DNA of 64,000 nucleotides, from contig JAWKZM010000008.1 of assembly GCA_041395965.1 (NCBI GenBank), forward strand, positions 4,669-68,668, in the 5' to 3' direction. The notes under the pieces are model-generated. The model saw nothing but the letters and a program-made list of their open reading frames with translations. It was not told the DNA's origin and ran no database searches. Origin of the DNA: Halioglobus sp. Its GTDB lineage: Bacteria; Pseudomonadota; Gammaproteobacteria; Pseudomonadales; Halieaceae. Positions within the stretch are counted from its first letter, which is position 1. Each line of letters begins with the position of its first letter. Positions 42,308 through 52,965 of the stretch are shown piece after piece. A program made the position numbers and the translations under genes.

Positions 42308-43506
42308 GGCCCGCAATTTCGACGTGGTCATTATTGGCGCCGGTATCGCCGGTGGCGCGCTGGCGCTCGCTCTGGGCGGTACCGGATTGTCCATCGCACT
42401 GGTGGAGGCGCAAGCTGTTGACTTGGCCCCATTGCCAGCGGCCCGTGACGTGCAGAACTTCGATCCGCGTGTCAGTGCACTGACGCCGCGCGCGCGCGAT
42501 TTTTTGGAAAAACTTGGCGCCTGGGAGGCTATTGCGGCTTACCGTCATTGCGCCTACCGCCATATGACCGTGTGGGATGCCGAGGGCACCGGCCAGATCG
42601 AGTTCGATCGGGCCGAGTTAGGTGTGCCTGAACTGGGCCACATAGTGGAAAACCGAGCAATCACGCGTGCATTAATGCAACCGGTACGGGATGCAGCGAA
42701 CATCAGCCTGCTGAGTCCGGTAGCGCTCGAGTCCAGTACCAGGCTCGCATAGAATCGCATGCGGCTGGAACTCAGCGAGGGTGCTGCGCTGGAAGCCAAT
42801 TTGCTGGTGGCAGCTGATTGCGCTTCCAGTCGCGCGCCAGATGATGGGATTCCCAAGTAGGAGTGGGGACTACGGCCACCGCGCCATTGTCGCGACGGTG
42901 GAGGTAGCGCGGGATCGCATGAAGAAACCGCGTGGCAGCGCTTTTTGCCCAGCGGTCCACTGGCGCTGTCTCTCCCGGGCCAGGACGGTCGCCACTTCTG
43001 CTCCATCGTCTGGTCCGTGGAGGAACATCTGGCCGATGCGCTGCTGGCGCTTGACGATTCGGCTTTTTGCGCCGAGCTGGAACGGGCATGTGAGGGCCGC
43101 CCGGGCGTTGTGCTGGCGTGTTCCGCGCGCCTGGCGTTCCCACTGCGGCAGCGTCGCATCGACTATGTGCAGAGGTGGCGCTGGTGGCGGACGCCGCGCA
43201 TACCATTCATCCGCTGGCAGGCTAGGCATCAACATGGGCCTGCAGGATGTGGCGGTACTGGCCCAGGAGATTGGCTACGGTCGCGCCCGCGGCGCGCACC
43301 CCGGACAGCTGGAAGTGCTGCTGCGTTACCAGCGTCGCCGCAAGGGCGAGAACCTGCTGATGATGACTGCCATGGACGGCTTCAAGCGTTTATTCGAGCA
43401 ACAATCCCCGCCGTTGCGCTGGTTGCGCAATGCGGGTATGCGCACCGTGGACCAGTTGCTCCCCCTCAAACGCCAGTTGATGCGCCACGCAATGGGCCTC
43501 GGCTGA
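42300..43506 (+). CDS. ubiI: UbiI/UbiF-type FAD hydroxylase, multiple sequence errors
   Basis: IIGAGIAG, FDPRVSALT, WDAEGTGQI, LGHIVEN, DAAHTIHPLAG and GINMGLQD in different frames, C-terminal MDGFKRLF; follows ubiH. Confidence 0.85.
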
Positions 43507-43646
43507 ACCCTCCCGTTGGTGCGACATGCCAGGAGATTGTTTTTAACCGGCTGGACCGTTAGAATGGGCCGCTGGACGAGGGCGCGGCAACGCCGCCGCT
43601 GGTCGCCGCGGCTGCCAGCGGCGCAACTATCCCCGGAGGAAATGAC

Positions 43647-44036
43647 ATGAGCCACACGCCGATTGAACCTAAGTATGCCCGCTCGCACGAATGGGCCTGC
43701 CTCGAGGAGGACGGCACCGTGACAGTCGGCATTACCGACCACGCGCAGGCCGCCCTGGGCGACGTCGTGTTTGTGGAACTGCCTGAGGAAGGTACGGTGC
43801 TGGCCGCGGGCGACGAGGCCGGTGTGGTGGAATCGGTCAAGGCCGCCTCGGATATTTATGCGCCGGTGGCGGGCGAGGTCATCGCCGTCAATATGCTGTT
43901 GGAGGACGATCCCGAGACAGTCAATTCCGACCCTTATAACGAGGGCTGGTTTTTCAAGGTACAGCCCTCGGATACCAGTGACCTGGACGCTTTGCTCTCT
44001 GCCGAAGACTACAAGCAGCAATGCGAAGACGAATAG
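43647..44036 (+). CDS. gcvH: Glycine cleavage system H protein
   Basis: [24 protein letters not shown], lipoyl motif [22 protein letters not shown]. Confidence 0.96.
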   Translation: MSHTPIEPKYARSHEWACLEEDGTVTVGITDHAQAALGDVVFVELPEEGTVLAAGDEAGVVESVKAASDIYAPVAGEVIAVNMLLEDDPETVNSDPYNEGWFFKVQPSDTSDLDALLSAEDYKQQCEDE

Positions 44037-44062
44037 AGGCCTGAACGCCCGTCCAGCACACC

Positions 44063-45244
44063 ATGCTTGATCTTTTCCTGCGCAAGGGCGCGGACCAGCG
44101 CCTGCGTGGCGGTCATCTGTGGGTGTATTCCAACGAGGTCGATAGCCAGCGCTCTCCACTGCACGGATTTTCTCAGGCGACCCGGTGGCTGTCAGAATGC
44201 CAACGGGAAGCTGCTGGGCAGCGCGTTCATGGAGCCCAATGCCCTGATCTGTGCCAGGTCTATGCGCCCGGTGAAGAATGCGCCATGGACACGCACTTTT
44301 TCGCAGCGCGCCTGGCGTCCGCCCTGGCCGGCCGGCAGGTGGTTTTCGACCAGCCCTTTTACCGCCTGCTATACGGTGACAGTGACAACGTGCCCGGCGT
44401 GATACTCGACCGCTACGGCGACGTTCTGGTGCCGCAGCTCAACAGCAGTGGTCTGGAGCGGTATCGAGTGTCACTGGTCTCGGCGCTGGTAGAGACCCGA
44501 GCCACGCGGTATTTTGTTGCGCGCAGACAGCCGCACCCGGCGAGCAGGGGCTCGCTACCGACAGTGAAGTGGTTTACGGCGACGTGCCGCAGGAGGTGCC
44601 CCTGCAGGAAAATGGCGTGCACTTCCTGGCGCCTGTGTGCGCGGGGCAAAAGACCGGGTGGTTTTACGATCATCGCATGTCAAGGGCGCGTTTGGCGGCG
44701 TGGGTAAATGGCAAAAAAGCGTGCTGGATGTCTACAGCTATATCGGTGGTTGGGGTATACAGGCGGCAGCGTTCGGCGCGACCCGGCCTGTTGCCTTGAC
44801 AGCTCCGCCCACGCTTTGGAGGGCGTGGCGACCAACGCTGGATTGAATCAGGCGCACGGCCGGGTCACCACACTGCGCGGTTCGGCCCCGGAGGTAATGG
44901 CGACGCTGCACGCCGAGGGTGCCCGCTTCGACGTAGTCATTCTCGACCCGCCTGCATTTATCCAGCGCCGGAAGGACCTCAAGAAAGGTATCACCGCCTA
45001 CCGGCGTATCAATGAACTGGGCCTGCAGTTGTTGACGCCCGGCGGCCTGCTGGTGTCGGCCTCGTGTTCCATGCACCTGCCGCGCGCGGAGCTGATTGCC
45101 GCGATGCAGCAGGCGGCCGTGCGCGCCGGTTGCCAGATTCGGGTGGTGGAACAGGGCGCGCAGGGGCCTGATCATCCAATTCATCCTGCAATTCCCGAGA
45201 CGGAATACCTCAAGGCGGTTTTCGCCCGCAAGCTTCAGGCTTAG
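44063..45244 (+). CDS. rlmI: 23S rRNA m5C1962-type methyltransferase (RlmI family), multiple frameshifts
   Basis: [55 protein letters not shown]. Confidence 0.85.
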
Positions 45245-45255
45245 GGGCTACCGTA

Positions 45256-45909
45256 TCAGCGCAGGGAAATCACCGGCCACCCGCGCTCCAGTGCGTGCGC
45301 ACGCAGCGTTGCATCGGGATCAACTGCCACCGGATTGTCCACCAGTTCCAGCAATGGCAGGTCATTGTGCGAATCGCTGTAGAACCAGGCATTGTCGATG
45401 GTGAGCCCGTGCTCCTCCAGCCATTCGAGCAGACGCGTCACTTTCCCCTCCCGGTAGGAGGGAGTACCGACCGGGTTTCCCGTGTACACCCCGTCTACCA
45501 CTTCAGCTTCACAGGCGACCAGGCTTGCTACCCCAAGGGCCTCGGCAATGGGGGAGGTGATAAAGCGATTGGTGGCGGTAATGATCAGCAATTCGTGCCC
45601 CCGTCGCCGGTGGTCGGCGATAAGTGCCGAGGCTTTGGGAAGCATGATAGGCTTGATCTTGGTATCCATGAAGGCCCTGTGCCAGGCCTGCAGTCGCTCT
45701 GCGGGATGCCCCTTCAGGGTACTGAGGGCGAGGCGCAGGTAGGCATCGATATCCAGGGTGCCCGCCTGGTAGTCGGCATAAAAGTTGTCACTGCGACGGG
45801 CAAAATCCGCGCTCTCCACCAGCCCCTGCTCGCAGACAAATTCTCCCCACAGGTGGTCGCTGTCGCCACCGATGAGGGTATTATCGAGGTCGAATATTGC
45901 CAGTGTCAC
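45256..45909 (-). CDS. HAD-IB family hydrolase (histidinol-phosphatase-like)
   Basis: [26 protein letters not shown]; divergent from rppH as in Pseudomonas. Confidence 0.85.
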   Translation of the reverse strand: MTLAIFDLDNTLIGGDSDHLWGEFVCEQGLVESADFARRSDNFYADYQAGTLDIDAYLRLALSTLKGHPAERLQAWHRAFMDTKIKPIMLPKASALIADHRRRGHELLIITATNRFITSPIAEALGVASLVACEAEVVDGVYTGNPVGTPSYREGKVTRLLEWLEEHGLTIDNAWFYSDSHNDLPLLELVDNPVAVDPDATLRAHALERGWPVISLR

Positions 45910-46026
45910 AGGCCGCGCCTTGAAAAACGGGTGGCCAGCATAGCGGTAGCATCGGCTAGAGTAAATTTCTCAGGGCAGGCAATATGTGGAACAATAACCG
46001 GTTCTAATAACAGGTGGCACCTTTCC

Positions 46027-46527
46027 GTGATAGATTCAGATGGGTTTCGGCCAAATGTAGGGATTATGCTGGCCAATGATCAGGGCCAGTTATTGTGGGC
46101 CAGGCGGGTCGGTGGCCACGACGCTTGGCAGTTTCCGCAGGGCGGCATTGGCGTGGGAGAAACCCCCGAGCAGGCGCTATATCGCGAGCTGCACGAGGAA
46201 GTAGGCCTGTTGCCCGAGGCGGTGGAAGTATTGGGCGCCACCAAGGGCTGGTTGCGGTACCGGCTCCCCCGCCGGTTTATTCGCGAAGGCCAGAAACCGT
46301 TGTGTATCGGGCAGAAGCAGAAGTGGTTTTTACTGCGCTTGCTGGAGGAAGACGCCGCGGTGCAGCTGAATTTGAACGACAAACCCGAATTTGATCACTG
46401 GCAGTGGGTCAGTTACTGGTATCCGCTGAATCAGGTGATCTCTTTCAAGCGGGAAGTATACCGCAGGGCGTTGAAAGAGCTGGCTATAACCCTGGGTCGC
46501 TACACCGAAACCCGGGGGGGTACGTAA
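46027..46527 (+). CDS. rppH: RNA pyrophosphohydrolase
   Basis: [19 protein letters not shown], Nudix box [17 protein letters not shown]. Confidence 0.97.
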   Translation: MIDSDGFRPNVGIMLANDQGQLLWARRVGGHDAWQFPQGGIGVGETPEQALYRELHEEVGLLPEAVEVLGATKGWLRYRLPRRFIREGQKPLCIGQKQKWFLLRLLEEDAAVQLNLNDKPEFDHWQWVSYWYPLNQVISFKREVYRRALKELAITLGRYTETRGGT

Positions 46528-46533
46528 GTCCGG

Positions 46534-48797
46534 ATGCTGGAAATCCTGCGCAATATTATCCAGGAGGTCAATGCGGCCGGCGGGCTGAGCGACGCCCTGG
46601 AGATAATCGTGCGCCGTGTGCGCGACGCCATGCACACACAGGTCTGCAGCGTGTACATGCGGGACCCGGTGAGCGGCCGCTATGTGTTTCGAGCGACCCA
46701 GGGGCTCAATCAGGAGTTGGTGGGCGTTGCCAGTCTCGCTGCGGGTGACGGCCTTATCGGACTCGTCGCTGAGCGGGGCGAACCGGTCAATCTGGAAGAT
46801 GCGGAAAATCACCCCAGTTTCCGCTTTCTGCCCGGTATCGGCGAGGAGCATTTTCATGCATTCCTGGGTGTGCCGATCATTCACCAGCGCGAGGTGATGG
46901 GCGTACTCGTGGTGCAACAGGCTGAACGCCGTCGCTTCGATGAAAGTGATGAGGCATTTTTGGTTACCCTTTCCGCGCAGCTTGCCGGGGTGATCGCTCA
47001 CGCCCAGGTGACGGGCGTGGTGGAGTCGCATTCTCTCTCCGGCGCCGCGCCGGCCAAGATTACTGGCGTACCCGGTTCCCCGGGGGTCGCCATAGGCATC
47101 GCGGTGGTGGTGTCCCCGGGGGCGGACCTGTACGCCGTGCCGGCCCGCCCGGCGCAGGATCGACGCAAGGAGGTGCGCGCGTTCAGGGAGGCCCTGCAAA
47201 GCGTACAGAAGGATATTCAGCAGGTCGCGGACAACCTCGGCGCGGAACTTAGCCCCGAAGACCACGCCCTGTTCGATGTCTACCTCAGCATTCTGGATGA
47301 CTCAACCATCGGTGCGGAAGTGGTCGGCCTGATCAAGGCTGGCCAATGGGCGCAGGGCGCACTGAGCCAGGTAATGATCGAACACATACGCCACTTTGAG
47401 CGCATGGAACACAGCTACCTGAAAGAGCGCGCCGTGGACGTAAAGGACCTCGGTACGCGGGTGCTTGCCTACCTGCAGGCAGCTAACCAGGAAGTCCGGG
47501 TGTATCCGGACCAGACGATTCTCGTCGGGGAGGAATTGACGGCCACGTCGCTGGGAGAGATTCCGCGGGAAAAGCTGGTGGGCCTGATTTCCGTGCGCGG
47601 CTCGGGTAACTCCCACGTGGCGATTCTGGCCCGGGCCATGGGAGTGCCCACGGTTATGGGCGCGGTCGACCTGCCCTATACGCGATTGCAGGACCGGGAG
47701 CTGATCATCGATGGCTATAACGGCAATGTCCACCTCAATCCGCTGCCCGAGATCAAACAGCGTTTCCAACGGGTGCTCGATGAAGACAGGGCGCTATCCA
47801 GGGACCTTGAATCCCTGCGTGACGAACCGTGCATCACGCTGGATGGCCATCGCATGCCTCTATGGGTCAATACCGGACTGATGGTGGATGTCACCCGTTC
47901 GCTGGAGCAGGGGGCCGAAGGCGTTGGACTCTATCGCACCGAGGTGCCCTTCCTGCTCAGGGACCGCTTTCCGAGCGAGGAAGAGCAGCGCCAGATCTAC
48001 CGGGAACAACTCGAGGCCTTCGCACCAAAACCTGTGACCATGCGGACCCTGGACATTGGCGGCGACAAGGCGCTGCCGTATTTTCCCATCGAGGAAGACA
48101 ATCCTTTTCTCGGTTGGCGCGGCATTCGTGTAACGCTGGATCACCCCGAGATATTCCTCGCCCAGATCCGGGCCATGCTCAAGGCCAATGAGGGCCTCGG
48201 TAACCTGCGCATCATGTTGCCCATGGTTTGCAACATACCCGAACTTGACGAGGCGCTGACCTCATCCACCGCAGCCACCGGGAGCTGCAGGAGGAGGGTT
48301 TGACGACGGTATTACCGCCTATTGGGGTGATGGTGGAGGTGCCGTCAGCGGTCTACCAGGCAAGAGCGATGGCCCGGCGAGTGGATTTCCTGTCGGTGGG
48401 AAGCAACGACTTGACCCAGTACCTGCTCGCCGTGGACCGTAACAATGCCCGCGTGGCGCGTCTCTATCACTCCCTGCATCCGGCAGTTTTGCAGGCGCTG
48501 GAAGATGTTGCTACAGCTGGTCGCCTTGAGGGCGTTCCCGTTGGCATCTGCGGTGAACTGGCGGGCGAGCCCGGTGGAGCCGTGTTGTTGCTGGCGATGG
48601 GATACGACGTGCTGTCGATGAACGCTACCAGCCTGCCCAAGGTCAAGAAAGCCCTGCGGAATATCAAGCTCAGCGAAGCGCGCGAATTATTCCAGGAAGT
48701 GAAATCGATGGACGACGCCGTCGTGATCAACCAGCGACTTGGGCTATTTCTGACTGCGCACGGCATGGAAAAGTTTATTCACAGCCCCGTGGACTAG
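46534..48797 (+). CDS. ptsP: PTS(Ntr) enzyme I, frameshift near 48260
   Basis: N-terminal GAF domain, SHVAILARAMG, GVGLYRTE, RTLDIGGDK|MVEVPS, SVGSNDLTQY, CGELAG. Confidence 0.96.
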
Positions 48798-48833
48798 TGA
48801 CGGGCTCACCTTGCGGGCAACGCGGCTGCGCCG

Positions 48834-49610
48834 TTATGCGCAGTGGAGGCGAAATTCCCTGTGCTGACGTCCGCTCAGTTGCCCCTCCGTATTGAAGGTT
48901 TTTTCCGACCAGCTGACCTGGTTGCGCCCTGTGATCCACATTGTTGTGCTGGAACGTGTTCCATAGGCGCCAGTGACAATGAATTGCGCGGACAGCAAGT
49001 GCTCCATAGCTGTGTCCGGGCCCTGTCCGACGGAGCGGTAAGGGTCCGCGACGCGGCGATCGGCAACGACCCGTGCCAATGCCGTGTGAGTTACCTCGCC
49101 ATCCTCCAACAGCGCTCGCAGTTTGGCCTTACCCAGCTCCACCTTCGGCCAGGGAGTATCGAGCCTGGCATTGCTCAGCCCGTAGATACCCGGCGCGAGA
49201 GGTCGCGAAGCTTCGATGTCACTGTTGGTGAAATACCACAGCCCGCTGCGATCACCTACGAGCAGGTTGAAGCCGGCGTAGTCACCCGCTCTGTTGGCGA
49301 CATCGTCGAGAAACTCTGCGGGGCCTTGCGAGCCGGCGAGGAAATCCAGTGGCAATTCGCCGCGGGAGCGTGGCGCCGGCGTGGAGCGTGATGGATCGCG
49401 AAAGTTGGTGACTGCCGCAAAGCGCCCACCGCTTGTGACCCCCATCCAGGTACCACCCTGCAAGAGGTCCCTGCCGGCCAGCAAGTGCGGGTGCTCGGCC
49501 CAAAAATCGGATGCTGCGGTCGGCCTGCTGTAGAACTCATCCCGGTTGGCCGCCACTACCAGGGGGTATGAGGCCGATACCTGGTGGGCGAATATAAGTA
49601 AACACATCAT
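48834..49610 (-). CDS. NRDE family protein
   Basis: MCLLIF, AANRDEFYSRP, GGTWMG, SRGEL, YGTRSST. Confidence 0.93.
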   Translation of the reverse strand: MMCLLIFAHQVSASYPLVVAANRDEFYSRPTAASDFWAEHPHLLAGRDLLQGGTWMGVTSGGRFAAVTNFRDPSRSTPAPRSRGELPLDFLAGSQGPAEFLDDVANRAGDYAGFNLLVGDRSGLWYFTNSDIEASRPLAPGIYGLSNARLDTPWPKVELGKAKLRALLEDGEVTHTALARVVADRRVADPYRSVGQGPDTAMEHLLSAQFIVTGAYGTRSSTTMWITGRNQVSWSEKTFNTEGQLSGRQHREFRLHCA

Positions 49611-49753
49611 TGGCACCCGGTGGTCGGGGGAAAGAATTGTGAATCGCTACGCGCTGGATGATAATACCGCTTTTCCATCCTGGTTACTCAGGTATGGCCG
49701 ACGTGGGCTGTACTCTTCCCTGGCTATTCAATGACGAGTAATGACGAGTAATA

Positions 49754-50575
49754 ATGCTGCCTTATCCTGAAATCGATCCGGTCGCGCTGTCCCTCGGGCC
49801 CATCAAGGTGCACTGGTACGGCTTGACCTACCTGGCCGGTCTGGCCTTTGCCTGGTGGCTGGCGATCCGTCGTACCCGGCGTCCCTGGTCGGTGGTGCGG
49901 CGCGAACAGGTAGACGACCTTATTTTTTATGCCGCGCTCGGCGTTGTGCTGGGCGGCAGGATCGGTTACGCGATATTTTACGGCGGCGAGAAATTGGTGC
50001 AGGACCCTTCCTGGCTGCTGCGCGTCTGGCAAGGGGGTATGTCGTTTCACGGGGGCTTCCTGGGCGTTCTGTTGGCCATGTACATCTTTGCGCGGCGCCA
50101 TAACATCGTGTTCGGTGCCTTGATGGATTTTGTCGCACCGCTGGTGCCGGTGGGTCTTGCGCTCGGGCGCATCGGCAACTTCATCGGCCAGGAACTTTGG
50201 GGGCGACCGACCGACGTACCCTGGGCGATGGTGTTTCCCCGTGACCCGCTGCAACTGGCTCGACACCCGTCACAATTGTACCAGTTTGCCCTGGAAGGCG
50301 TTTTGCTGTTCGTTATTCTTCTGTGGTTTTCGTCGCGTGAGCGCCCCACGTGGTCCGTTGCCGGCGTATTTGCCCTGGGATACGGTTGTTTGCGCTTCAT
50401 CGCGGAGTTTTTCCGGGAGCCGGATCAAAATATCGGCTTCCAGGCATTGGGCTGGGTGACGCGGGGACAGATACTGTCCCTGCCCATGATCGCGCTGGGA
50501 ATTTACCTCATCGCTTGGGCTTATCACAACGCGGGCGGGGCCGCACAGAAAGTCGGGAGCAAACAGAGTAAATGA
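49754..50575 (+). CDS. lgt: Prolipoprotein diacylglyceryl transferase
   Basis: [38 protein letters not shown]. Confidence 0.97.
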   Translation: MLPYPEIDPVALSLGPIKVHWYGLTYLAGLAFAWWLAIRRTRRPWSVVRREQVDDLIFYAALGVVLGGRIGYAIFYGGEKLVQDPSWLLRVWQGGMSFHGGFLGVLLAMYIFARRHNIVFGALMDFVAPLVPVGLALGRIGNFIGQELWGRPTDVPWAMVFPRDPLQLARHPSQLYQFALEGVLLFVILLWFSSRERPTWSVAGVFALGYGCLRFIAEFFREPDQNIGFQALGWVTRGQILSLPMIALGIYLIAWAYHNAGGAAQKVGSKQSK

Positions 50576-51404
50576 AGCAATACCTGGATCTGCTGCAGGA
50601 CATTCTCGACCACGGCGTGCGTAAGAACGACCGCACCGGAACCGGGACGCTGTCTGTTTTCGGGCGTCAGTATCGTCATGACCTCGCCGACGGTTTTCCC
50701 CTGCTGACCACCAAGAAGTTGCATTTTAAAAGTATCGCCAATGAGCTCGTTGTGGTTTCTCAGTGGCGACACCAATACCCGCTGGCTGCAAGAGAACGGG
50801 GTGTCGATCTGGGACGAGTGGGCCACGGAAGAGGGTGAATTGGGGCCGATTTATGGAGCCCAGTGGACCGCCTGGCCCACCCGCGACGGGGGTCGATCAA
50901 CCAGATCGATTATGTGGTCGATTGCCTGCGTAACAATCCCGACAGCCGCCGCATCCTGTTTCACGCCTGGAACGTCGAGTTCCTGCCCGACGAGCAATTG
51001 AGCCCTCAGGACAACGTGAAGGCGGGGCGCATGGCGTTGCCCCCTGTCACCTGTTATACCAGTTCTATGTGGCCGAGCGCCGCCTTTCCGCGCAGCTGAT
51101 GATCCGCTCCAGTGATTCTTTCCTCGGCTTGCCCTACAACACCGCAAGCCTGGCGCTGCTCACCCTGATGCTGGCGCAACAGTGCGACCTGGAGCCGGGA
51201 GAAATCGTCATCTGTACCGGTGACTCCCACATTTACAGCAATCATCTGGAGCAGGTCCGGGAACAGTTGGCGCGCGAGCCGCGAACGCTGCCCCGGCTGC
51301 GAATCAGGCGCCGTCCGGACACTATCTACGACTACCGTTTCGAGGACTTCGAACTGCTCGACTACGACCCACATCCACATATTGCGGCGCCGGTAGCGGT
51401 GTGA
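50572..51404 (+). CDS. thyA: Thymidylate synthase, several frameshifts
   Basis: [32 protein letters not shown](CH), [18 protein letters not shown] across frames. Confidence 0.95.
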
Positions 51405-51420
51405 CGACTGGTGGCGGGGC

Positions 51421-51936
51421 ATGACGGGGCTGGCGATCATCGTTGCGGTCGCTGAAAACGGCGTTATCGGCAGGGATAATGCGCTGCCATGGCACCTGTC
51501 GGAGGATCTGCGCCATTTCAAACGTGTCACCATGGGCAAGCCCGTCATCATGGGCCGCAAGACCTTTCAATCCATTGGCAGGCCGCTGCCCGGGCGCGCC
51601 AACATTGTAATCACCCGCAATCCCGATTTTCGGGCCGAGGGGACCTCGATTGTTGCTTCGCTGGAAGAGGCGCTGGAGTTGTCGGGGCAGCTGGCCATGA
51701 TCGACGGAGCGGCGGAGTCTGTTGTGATTGGCGGGGCCAGGATCTACGAGCTTGCGATTCCACTGGCCGATCGGCTCTACGTCACCGAGGTTCACGCCAG
51801 TGTGGAGGGTGACGCCGTGCTACCGCCGATAGACTGGACCCGGTGGCGGGAGGCCAGCAGGGAACGTCATGCCGCCCGGGCCCCCAACCCTTACGATTTC
51901 AGCTTTGTCTGCTACGAGAGGGCCGATACCAGGTAG
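51421..51936 (+). CDS. folA: Dihydrofolate reductase
   Basis: NGVIGRDNALPW, DLRHFK, IMGRKTF, PLPGR, VIGGARIY. Confidence 0.97.
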   Translation: MTGLAIIVAVAENGVIGRDNALPWHLSEDLRHFKRVTMGKPVIMGRKTFQSIGRPLPGRANIVITRNPDFRAEGTSIVASLEEALELSGQLAMIDGAAESVVIGGARIYELAIPLADRLYVTEVHASVEGDAVLPPIDWTRWREASRERHAARAPNPYDFSFVCYERADTR

Positions 51937-52179
51937 TCGATACCCCGCGCAAGCAATTGTTACCCTGAAATAAATCTGCCATAAAATTTGTAACCGAAAT
52001 ACACACATTGGGTGCGTTCCAAAAATGTCTTCCTACATTCATTGAAAACGCACCCGCACATGGTTTAAAGTTGCGTGCTCGGTTTACCGGCACTGGATTT
52101 TCCTGTCTACAAAGGGTGAATCTGGTCTATTTTCGTAGCTCTGAATCACTCTGTTGGAATAATAGGAAGTGCTATCCCC

Positions 52180-52965
52180 ATGACTATGCATCGATTAAAG
52201 GAAGTATTGATCGCTGTGCTGATAGCCGCAGGCACCCTCGGTGGTACTGTGGTGGCGGTGCAAGCCAGTACGCTGGATTCTATCCTGGCAGTGGGTAAGT
52301 CCAAAAATGACGCTGCTCGCCAGTCACAGGTCAAGATTGATAAATTGGCGGATGAAACCCGCAACCTCCTGTCTGACTACAAGACGGTAACCAAGCAAAT
52401 CGACGGCCTGAAAGTGTACAACACACGCCTGCAGCGCCAGATCGACAACCAGTTGGCGCGGATCGGCGAAATCGATGCATCCATCGACCAGGTGACGGTG
52501 ATTTCCCGCCAGATCACCCCGCTAATCATCCGTATGATCGATGGTCTGGAAAAGTTCGTGGAGCTGGATGTGCCTTTTCACCTGGAGGAGCGCCAGCAGC
52601 GCATCGCGTTCCTGCGCGCCAACCTCGACCGCTCGGATGTGAGCGTGGCAGAAAAATTCCGGCAGGTTCTGGAAGCCTACAAGATCGAGAACGAATACGG
52701 GCGCAAGATCGACGCCTACAAGGGTAGTGTGCAGATAGACGGTGTTGATCGTGACGTTAACTTCCTGCGCGTGGGCAGGATTGCCTTCCTCTACCAGACC
52801 ACCGACACCGAGAACTCAGGCGCCTGGGACCAGCGGTCACGCAGTTGGGTGCCGCTCGAAAAAGGCGAGTACCGCAACGATATCATGAAGGGCCTGCGCA
52901 TCGCGCGCAAAGAGGCTGCTATTGACCTGATGAACTTGCCAGTCGCCGCGCCGGAGGCCAAATAA
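52180..52965 (+). CDS. DUF3450 coiled-coil protein (TtpB-like)
   Basis: Signal peptide, coiled coil, LDVPFHLEER, EKFRQVLEAYKIENEYG, FLRVGRI; first gene of the TonB operon. Confidence 0.88.
   Translation: MTMHRLKEVLIAVLIAAGTLGGTVVAVQASTLDSILAVGKSKNDAARQSQVKIDKLADETRNLLSDYKTVTKQIDGLKVYNTRLQRQIDNQLARIGEIDASIDQVTVISRQITPLIIRMIDGLEKFVELDVPFHLEERQQRIAFLRANLDRSDVSVAEKFRQVLEAYKIENEYGRKIDAYKGSVQIDGVDRDVNFLRVGRIAFLYQTTDTENSGAWDQRSRSWVPLEKGEYRNDIMKGLRIARKEAAIDLMNLPVAAPEAK

Noticed and set aside
42750-42752. In-frame TAG in ubiI with the correct protein continuing in the same frame (NRMRLELSEGAALEANLLVAAD), suggesting amber recoding
   Set aside because: TAG is the normal stop of many genes here (pilT, proC, pgk, ptsP, folA), and this segment has several other errors, so a substitution error is more likely.
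45918-45946. CTTGAAA as a sigma32 -35 upstream of rppH
   Set aside because: No convincing CCCCAT -10 at the right spacing.
45295-46527. 410-aa ORF looking like an N-terminally extended RppH
   Set aside because: The extension is the antisense shadow of the HAD hydrolase; RppH homology starts at GTG 46027.
50572-51404. Split thyA as a possible intron or intein host
   Set aside because: Total length (~830 bp) fits an uninterrupted ThyA; the breaks are single-base indels.
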